Shown here: one piece after another, positions 55,312-64,000 of the stretch | Layout: each line of letters opens with the position of its first letter | How positions within the stretch are numbered: position 1 is the first letter of the stretch | Assembly: GCF_009914755.1 (NCBI RefSeq) | Contig: NC_060934.1 | Reading direction: 5' to 3' (one strand) | From: the human T2T-CHM13v2.0 reference genome, Homo sapiens | Length of the DNA: 64,000 nucleotides | The notes under the pieces: model-generated | The model's database searches: none | Told to the model about the DNA's origin: nothing | The model's input: the letters and a program-made list of their open reading frames with translations, nothing else | Made by a program: the position numbers and the translations under genes

Positions 55312-57439
55312 TAATCATATGTAATGTGCTTCATCTTTGGAAGGCATTTAGTATGTGGTCAGCCCTGGATTAAGTTCAGGACAGAGCCAAGCAAACGGAA
55401 AAGGTGCTCAGAGTTGAGGTCCAGACCACAGAGTTGGAACTCTTCCAGTTTCTCCTGCTAAAAGTAAGGTTTGATTCTGGGACTTGGGCAGAATGGAGCC
55501 CACCTATGGACCGTCAAATGTGTCTACCTCTGGAGAGATGAGTCAGGGAAGAGCTGGCAGTCAAAGGTGACCCTACAGATCAACCTACCAGATTCTTACA
55601 ATCTGAATTGAATTTCTCTCCATTTCTCTTGATAAGCTCCACACAGTGACTTCAAGCCATCGAGGTTTAATGTAAGTTAGGAGGTTATGAGTTTCTTTAG
55701 CAACACTCTAGGCTTGACTATACCTATATCTTTCAATAGATATTGGGAACATTTTAGATACTTCAGCTAAATGTATTTAAATGATTTTTTAAATGGGATA
55801 TTATGCAGATAGATGTTTACATTCATTTACTTCAACTTTTATTGTATTAACAGTCAGGAGGTGACCTGTCATCAGAATTTGGAAGTATCTTACTATAGTG
55901 CTGTATACATTTACAGACATTATGACTGGGGAGGTGGTGAAACCTTGTAAGCTTGCTATAAAACCAGCACAGAAAGACCCCTTAGACTCTCACTGAGGCT
56001 GAAATTTCTGAGAATCTAAATTAGAAGTAAGTTGATCCTTGCAACGGGGCTGGGGACATCATGAATCCTTTCAAATTCCATTCAGCTCACTCTTTCCCTT
56101 AATAAACATTTATTGAACACATTTTCCATTACAACTAGGGATGCAACAATAAAAACAGAGCATGGCTCCTGCCCTCACAGAGCTCATGATCAAGTGCAAT
56201 GTCAGTGGTTGGGTTGTGCAGGGGTGGGGAGAGCCTTCCATGTTGCAGTTGAAGAGTTACCAACAGTGTTCATTTATTAAATGGAAGGCCACATACTTTA
56301 GTCTGCTTGATCACTCAAAACAACGAGAGCATCTTAAGCCTGTGAATGGCACCATCCACCTTGCAGTTCAAGTTCTTCAGCCAGCAACATTGCTACAACC
56401 TCAAATTTATACAGATAAACTGTATGTGTTAATGATTTAGGCAGATTTAGCTTCAATTAAGCACAGACAACTAGAAGTTGTGCCCAGAGATACGTAAGCT
56501 GTGTGCCCCCACTTAGTAGGAAAGACTTTCAGTGAATGAAGTCTTCTATAGACAGGTGGTACCTAAAATAATAAGAAATAGGGGAAGATGAAAATCATAG
56601 CAAATGGAAGGAATAAGAAAGAAAACTAGGGTGGCAATGTCTAGTGGGTAGCATCAAGAGACATTTTCTCTTGAAGTAAATATGTTTCTAAGAGGGCAAA
56701 GCTCATAGAAGTTTAAAAGATTATGTTCCTTCTGGGTTTATGCACATGTGCACAGATCTCTTCCTATTTGTGTAGATACATTTTGCAGAAGAATCTAGGA
56801 GATTCATAGATCTTAAGGCTACAGTTAGGCCCTATCTAGTATGAACACAGGTTCACAGGCCTCTGAATAAGCATGCAGTCATTGTTAACATAGGATTGAG
56901 TTATGGGGACTGTGGCCATTTGTATGCTATTGCCACATGAAAACAGCCAAGTGCATTGAAAGCATTCCATGACCTTAATTTTAAGTTGCTTGAAAGGAGA
57001 GTTCACTTTCATAAATAAAAATGTAGAAGATAGGCTTTCGAATTGATAGAATTTCTCTCTCCAATACCTTCAAGAATGGGTAAGCATTTTTTAAAGGTTT
57101 TAAGCACTATCTTCTATTTTTTATCATAGCAGTATTCAAATGATGCCTCACACTTTGATTGAGCATGTTCTTTTGAGTTGAAAAATTACCAAGGTCATTT
57201 TCAAACTTTGGATGAAATGAGTTTTTGTTTAGAAATATAGCACGTGTATTTCTGGAGGAGAGGGGCCCTATTCATCACTTGTTTCATGCCTGGAAGCCAA
57301 GAAAACTCTCATGGAGACAGCAATTAAGTAAATATGCATGTATGCATATATGTTTCTGATAATATCGCTCTAGTCCTAATGTAGAGGGTTCTTAGATTAT
57401 AGCGTATACAGGTGTGTACATATAGGTGTACACTGTCAT

Positions 57440-58520
57440 CTTTCATTTTATTGTATGTACTTATGGGATACAATGCAATGTTTGGATATTTGCATACGTT
57501 GTGGAATGATTAAATCAATCTAATTGGCATCACCTCACAACGGGATCAGTTTTTTTCGGTGAGAACAATTAAAATCTATGCTCTTAGCAATTTTCAAGTA
57601 TATCATACGTTATTATTAGCTACAGTCACCACGCCATACAGTAAAGCTCCACAGTTCATTCTTCCTGCCTTACTGAAACATTATACCCTAGACCAAGCCT
57701 GTCCAACCCACGACCCACAGAAAGCCCAGAACAGCTTTGAAGGTGGCTGACACAAATTCATAAACTGTCTTAAAACCTGATGAGATTTTTTTGCAATTTT
57801 TTTTTAGCTCATCAGGTATAGTCAGTGTATTTTATGTGTTGCCCCAGGCAATTCTTCTTCCAATGCATCCCAGGGAAGCCAAAAGATTGAACATCCCTAC
57901 CCTAGACCAACATCTTTCTAATTCCCCTCTCCTTCTGACCCCGTGTAACCACCATTCTACCCTCTGCTTCTATGGTTTCAACATTTTAGATTCTACCTGT
58001 AAGTGAGACCATGCAAAATTTGTCTTTCTTTGCCTGGCTTATTTTAATGTCCTCCAAGTTCACCCGTGTTGTCACAAATGGAAGAATTTCCCTCTTCTTT
58101 AAGGCTGAATAGTATTGGGTTTTGCATATAGACAACATTTTCTTTATTCATCCACCGATGGTCACTTAGGTTGATGGATTCCGTATCTTTCCTGTTGTCT
58201 AAAATGATGTGGTAAACATGAGAATGTCTTCCACATACTGATTGCATTTTCTTTGGATATATACCCAGTGGTGGATCATACTGGATCATATGATAGCTCT
58301 ATTTTTAATTTTTTGACAAACTTCCATCCTGTTTTCCATAATGGCTGTACTAGTTTACATCCCCACCAACCATATACAATGGCTCTCTTGATTCTACATT
58401 CTGCCAACGTGTGTTGTCTTTCTGATTAAAGCCATTCTAACGGGTGCGAGGTGATAGCTCATTGTGGTTTTAATTTGCATCTCCCTGATGATTAGTGATG
58501 CTGGCATGTTTTTTCACATA
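57440..58520 (-). mobile_element. L1MA-type 3' end, split by MER30
   Basis: gtgagaacaattaaaatctatgctcttagcaattttcaagtata; tttaaggctgaatagtatt; ctcattgtggttttaatttgcatctccctgatgattagtgatg. Confidence 0.88.
57694..57899 (-). mobile_element. MER30 hAT-Charlie MITE
   Basis: caagcctgtccaaccc ... cccagggaagccaaaagattgaacatcccta. Perfect 8-bp TSD CCCTAGAC at 57686-57693 and 57900-57907. Confidence 0.92.
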
Positions 58521-59585
58521 TAGATGTTGATGTATTTCTAAGTTGCTTAGCTCTTTTAGAAAGTTAAAAACACTAGCTCAATAGACCTGTTAGATTTTTA
58601 TTCTGGTTTTCAACCAAGTATCTATGCTTTTCTGCTCAAACTATCACTGCAAAGATATTATAGAATCAAAAATAATAGGCTGTCACATGAAAAACAATGT
58701 TCTAATAAAAAATTATGGATTTATTGCATAAACATTTCCCTGAAGATCTCTTTTCTAGAATTAAAACTTCAGATAAAGTCACACAGAGTAACATCACAAG
58801 GAATGTTACAAAAGAGTGGGAGGGACTGGCTTTCTCACCTTTCTGGTGACTACTCAGCTTGTTCCAGACACCTTTAATTGTTGTCATTTAATATGCTTCC
58901 CTTTGTCTTCCTTTGCCACTCCCCATAACCTGCCTGGGTGACCTTATACGCATCAGGTACTGATGGCTGTAAACTAGCCCTTAGGTCCAGACATGTAAAT
59001 TCAACTCCCTCCTGGACTTCTCAAGTCAACAGCCAACAGGCATCTCAAAGTCCACCTCATGCCCATTCTGAGCTCATCACCCACCAACTCCAACCTCTGT
59101 CACTTCCAACTCTTTTTCACTCAACAAATGTTTGTTGAATACACAAATGGATGATCTTCAAAAAGTGCTACAAAAGGAATATCATAGAGAAGACAGCATT
59201 GATTTCTGTATCTAATGGCACTTAAAATGGCTGGGTCCTTTCTACAGAACGTTGTTCCTTCTCTCCCTGGAGGTCACAGGCTGAACAACCACTCAGAGCT
59301 GGACTTCTGGACGCCTAAGCAAAGAAGGAAGTCCTACCCTTGGACCACAAGAGGCTGCATTAAACTTGCACCACAGTTGTTTATAAATCAGCAGCAGCAG
59401 TTTGAGCTGCTCAGGCAAAATGTTATGGTTTTATTACAAGTGAAAACAATCCAGATGTGTTTTTTTGCATAAACACATGAAAAAGGGTTAATATTCGGTT
59501 GATCTTCTTTCACCACTGCAGTACTCCAGTGATGTCACACCCTGTTTGAGGCCGTGGAGCTGACCTGCTCTTAATTAACCACGCT

Positions 59586-59891
59586 GGCTCTGTGCAGTGG
59601 CTCACGCCTGTTATCCCAGCACTTTGGGAGGCCGAGGCGGGTGGATAACTTGAGGCCAGGAGTTCAAAACCAGCCTGGCCAACATGACGAAACCCCATCT
59701 CTACTAAAAATACAAAAAAAATTAATTGGGCATGGTGGCATGCGCCTGTAGTCCAAGCTACTCAGGAGGCTGAGGCAGGAGAATCATGCTTGAACCTGGG
59801 AGGTAGAGGTTGCAGTGAGCTAAGTTCATGCCACTGCTCTCCAGCCTAGATGACAGAGCAAAACTCTGTCTCAAAAAAAAAAAAAAAAAAA
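59586..59891 (+). mobile_element. Alu (AluS, Sz-like)
   Basis: Full dimer with poly-A. TSD aa(t/g)taacca(c/g)gct. Confidence 0.95.
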
Positions 59892-60588
59892 GTAACCAGG
59901 CTATAGAGTTTAAAAATAAAAGTATTAATAATCATGGGGTTCCATTTAAAGATAACATACACCATGGAATATATTTGACTCTTCCAAATCAATCCAGTAC
60001 TTGAGTTTTTTCTAAGTGATGCTTGAATTTCAGGCAGAGGTCTTTACCTTATTATAATATGGCCTGGACCTTAGAGGATACACTGGAGACTCCAAGCCAT
60101 CTCTAGCAGTGATTGAAGAACCAGTCATTGCCTCCAATAGGTGACAACAGTTCTTTATGCGGAAGAAAATACTGTTGCTTACATAGTTGTTCTCCTCTGG
60201 GGCTTTGACACCTTTGGAAGAAAAGCACATACACAGGGCCAAGCTTTAGTGAGGGACTGTCTAGATGCAATCCTAAGAGACTGACACTGTGTATAATTCT
60301 AACTCAAGTAAGCTTTCATCTCAGGGAAACTAGCAGATTCATTGACATTTACACAGAGCTTTTTCATTTCATTTTGAAAGGGCTTTTCCACACATTACTT
60401 CATTCAGTCCTCAGAGCGTTTAAATGACCTATCCAAGATCACACAGTTAAATGACCTACCCTCAGATAAGAGCCCAGGCCTGCAGATGTCTAACTCATCC
60501 TGCAACATTCTTAACCAAACCAGCTCGCCAGATGTGCTTTCAATTTACAGATGCCTGAATTTCCACAGCTGAAGATAGATTCCTGTTT

Positions 60589-60610
60589 TGTGTGTGTGTG
60601 TGTGTGTGTG
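60589..60610. repeat. (TG)11 microsatellite
   Basis: Read directly from the sequence. Confidence 0.95.
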
Positions 60611-60612
60611 AT

Positions 60613-60744
60613 TGTCATAAAGTTAATACAGCAGAAAGGAATAAGTAAATTCTCCAAGCTTTCTGGGAGTAGATGATAATAAGCTGGAAGCCATAAAGAA
60701 CAAAAGGCACAGATTGCTGGGAGGGCAGAAAGAAGGTGAGTGTG
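60613..60744 (+). repeat. Dispersed direct repeat, copy 1 (partner at 61712-61831)
   Basis: Shares a 44-bp identical core aaattctccaagctttctgggagtagatgataataagctggaag with copy 2. Over the aligned body there are 6 substitutions and one 3-bp indel. Confidence 0.95.
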
Positions 60745-61711
60745 GGCTGAGAAAGGGGATCCTGGAGCTGCAGACACCTTGGCCTTCTTCACCATGACCC
60801 TGTAGGCTGGTTGCTGTTGACATTTAATGCTATTGTGGAAGGCTTCCTGCAAAACAAACAGCACCTACATAACAAGAGGGAAGTCTCAAGCTTAGAGAAC
60901 TGCTTCTTGAACCTAAGACATTAATATGTTAATCTACTCCCCCTAAATTAGCTGAAGACCACAGAGGTGAGCATGCACCCCACTTAAGAGTCTGCCTGTA
61001 GTGCTGGCCTGCCTCTTTGCTCAACAGATCCCCAGCCCACACTTGGTGATTCTTCCTCTTGCATTTACTGAGTGGTGATCTTTTCTATGACCGCTCATCC
61101 TGCAGAAGTGGTGTTGTGTCATTGCATGCAGCAATACTTCTTTAAGATCTTTTATCACCAAATAAGTGAAAGGAGAATGCAGATAATTCACTCATGACTC
61201 ATTGTTATGGAAGGGACTTAAAGAAAAAAGTTTATTTTGATCTTCAAAGGAAGAATTTGTCCTCTAAAACTTTATCATTATTAATATTGGTTTTATTTTG
61301 ACGCGATTATTTACCAGGAGTAGCTATCATAGCACAGCCAAGAATGGTAATTGAATGAAGAATTGATTTTTATTTCCGCTATGTAAAAAGCAGCTCTTAT
61401 TTTCTACAAATGACCCATAATTACAGTTGTCTGGAGAGTGTCTTATCAGCCTGAGCAGGATAGAAATAAGCTAGATATACAATAGTACTTCCTAGTCTAC
61501 AATTTAAATATGTATGCTCATTAATGGCAATTTAAATTAGCATTATAGCAAATGTAGTTCATATCACTCTCCTGGGCAGAGTCTAGCAATGCAGACACGG
61601 CCTGTATTTCTGCTCTGTAAAATTCAGAGGAGCCTAGTGTGTTCTTTTTAGTGGATGGAGATTCTGTCACTCTTCCCACACCAGTATTTGGCTAATAAAC
61701 TCTTAAGCAGC

Positions 61712-61831
61712 TGTCATGCAGCAGGAAGGAATGAGAAAATTCTCCAAGCTTTCTGGGAGTAGATGATAATAAGCTGGAAGACATAAAGAACAAAAGACAC
61801 AGATTGCTGGGGTAGAAAGAAGGTGAGTGTG
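61712..61831 (+). repeat. Dispersed direct repeat, copy 2 (partner at 60613-60744)
   Basis: Same alignment as copy 1. Ends aagaaggtgagtgtg, immediately before an Alu. Confidence 0.95.
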
Positions 61832-61833
61832 TT

Positions 61834-62138
<305 letters not shown>

Positions 62139-62479
62139 TGGTGAGTGTGAAGCAATCTTAAAGATTAGTGAATTATTTGCTAAGGGAAAATGAAGCCTAA
62201 CCCTGCCTCAGTCAGAACACTAAATAATTTTGGTATAATAAGGATGACAAAGATGTTCTACCCCAGAATCCACATCAGCGGCTATGAACAGACTCCAAGG
62301 CAGTGCCACCATCTTTAGGCTGTGGCTTAGCAAGAATTTAAGAACGTTCCTTTGTTCTCAAGAGAATGCCCAAGGCTTGTAGAAGCTGAACAGTTTCTGC
62401 AGTTGCTCTGATGCCCAGATGGGAGATGAGAGGTGTACTCATTGATTTTCCCCACTCACCATTCCCCTTCACACACAAA

Positions 62480-63013
62480 TGTTACAGGAAAGGGGTTCCG
62501 ATCCAGACCCCAAAAGAGGGTTCTTGGATCTCATGCAAGAAAGAATTCAGGGCTAGTCTGCAGTGCAAAGCAGAAGGAAGGTTATTAAGCAAGTAAAGTG
62601 ATGAAAGAACAGCCTCTCCATAGACAGAGTAGGACGTTCCCAAAAGTAAGAGGAGGAATGAGTCCACCCTAGGTACGATGCTTGTTTTTATACAGGATAA
62701 AAAGATTGTGAGGAGATGTGCTCTGCTACAAGGGTTTGTGATAAAGGATTAATTTCTTAATTACTATAGTTTGCAAGAATAAATATTATTTTTAAAGCAA
62801 AATTAGGAATGTTTTTGTTGTCAAGATACTGAAATATTAGGACACTCCCAAGTCTGGGTCTGTTTAGTAAACGTTATCAATCTGTTCCCTTAACCATAAA
62901 CATCTAGAAGCTAGGAATGCCTAACTTTCTGGGAACACAGCCCAGCAAGTCTCAGCCTCATTTTTGTAGGCCTCACCCAAGATGGAGTTGCTCTGGTTTG
63001 AATGCCTCTGACA
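62480..63013 (-). mobile_element. MER41-family (C/D-like) ERV1 solo LTR
   Basis: Minus strand starts TGTCAGAGGCATTCAAACCAGAGCAACTCCATCTTG and ends ...GGATCGGAACCCCTTTCCTGTAACA. 4-bp TSD CAAA at 62476-62479 and 63014-63017. Confidence 0.92.
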
Positions 63014-63634
63014 CAAATATACACATACAATCCAAGGACTCTTCCTCTGGGTGTCTGAAAGCCCTCTTTGCTCTTTCCTCTTTTGCGGAAATTATTCTGA
63101 GTTAACATAAAACTATCACGTATTGATACCTGGTTACCTACAAAGGTGTTTAAAAACAGTGAGTGCTGAGATGGGTCCATTGAAAGAAGAAAGATTTCTG
63201 AAGTGGCCAATATGTCATGCTCTTCACTAATTCTTCTTAAAAATTATTTTCAGTGTCAATTTGGTACTTTTTAAATTTTAGATGCAGAATAGAATGGTCT
63301 TTTTAATGCCGTGTCTTCAAATTACATAGGCATAAACCAGAGGGTGGACATACACCTGCAGCTGGTGACTGCTCGTAGTATTTATAATGCAAAACAGCTA
63401 ATTAAGATGATGGTCAAGTGGTAGTTTTCTGCTGATATTAGCACATAAAATCATGGTTGTGTCTCTCTGTGCTTTCACCCTGTTACAGTACCAGCAAGCT
63501 AAAAATCAATGCTTGATGTCAACACTAGATCTTTCCAAAATATACTAGCCACATCTTCGAAAGAAATACATTTGAATTGGCATCCGCTTGTGGTCACACA
63601 TCATCCCAGTCTAAACTGATATTCCTTTAAAACC

Positions 63635-63800
63635 ACAGTTTCTCAAGTGGGCCCTGGGGAACACCTACGTCAGAAACAAGTTCAGACATTTTTTAAGATA
63701 CAGGTAACTTGATTGAACTCTGGATGTAGTAGATTAGGTTTGAGAAATCTGTATTGTAACAGCAGCCCCCAGGTGATTTTAATCACGCTCTAAAACAAAA
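63635..63800. mobile_element. MER5-like hAT MITE
   Basis: cagtttctcaagtgggccctgg ... gaaatctgtattgtaacagcagcccccaggtgatttta. Confidence 0.6.
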
Positions 63801-64000
63801 TTGAGTAACTTGACCAAGGTCTTGTAGTATCCTTATGATAATAAAATAACCAATGATTTTATTAAATCGTTCATAGGACAAACAGTTCTATGAAGGGAAA
63901 ATAATGTTATGAGACTGGGATACCTGACCATATCCTCCAGTTCCTGACTTCACATCCTATTCTGAATCAGTCTCTTTGGACTCCAACACCAGCCCCTCCT

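Overview
This is primate, human-like nuclear DNA: AT-rich, CpG-depleted, and intronic or intergenic in character. I cannot support any protein-coding exon, CpG island, tRNA, rRNA or CRISPR array, and I cannot name a host gene. The longer ORFs in the track fall in Alu, L1, LTR or low-complexity DNA, and none of the others resembles a protein family I recognise. The window is mostly a record of transposition. It holds a near full-length but catalytically dead HSMAR2 mariner, about 17 Alu/FLAM copies (most with readable target-site duplications, TSDs), several L1 and L2 fragments, and MIRs. It also holds solo LTRs (MLT1, THE1, MER74, MER41) and MITEs (Tigger4, MER58, MER104, MER30, MER5). The most unusual unexplained structures are: (1) a ~120 bp non-tandem local duplication ending in a consensus splice donor, whose second copy was hit by an Alu; (2) a tailless 35-nt U2 snRNA retrocopy with a TSD and target microhomology; (3) a ~490 bp polypyrimidine/polypurine tract grown from an Alu tail; (4) a perfect 28-bp palindrome; (5) a 23-bp minisatellite; and (6) a MER58-like element apparently split by ~790 bp of unidentified DNA. 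Subfamily names come from recalled consensus sequences, not a RepeatMasker run. Boundaries of old elements are approximate. I found no convincing new biological system.
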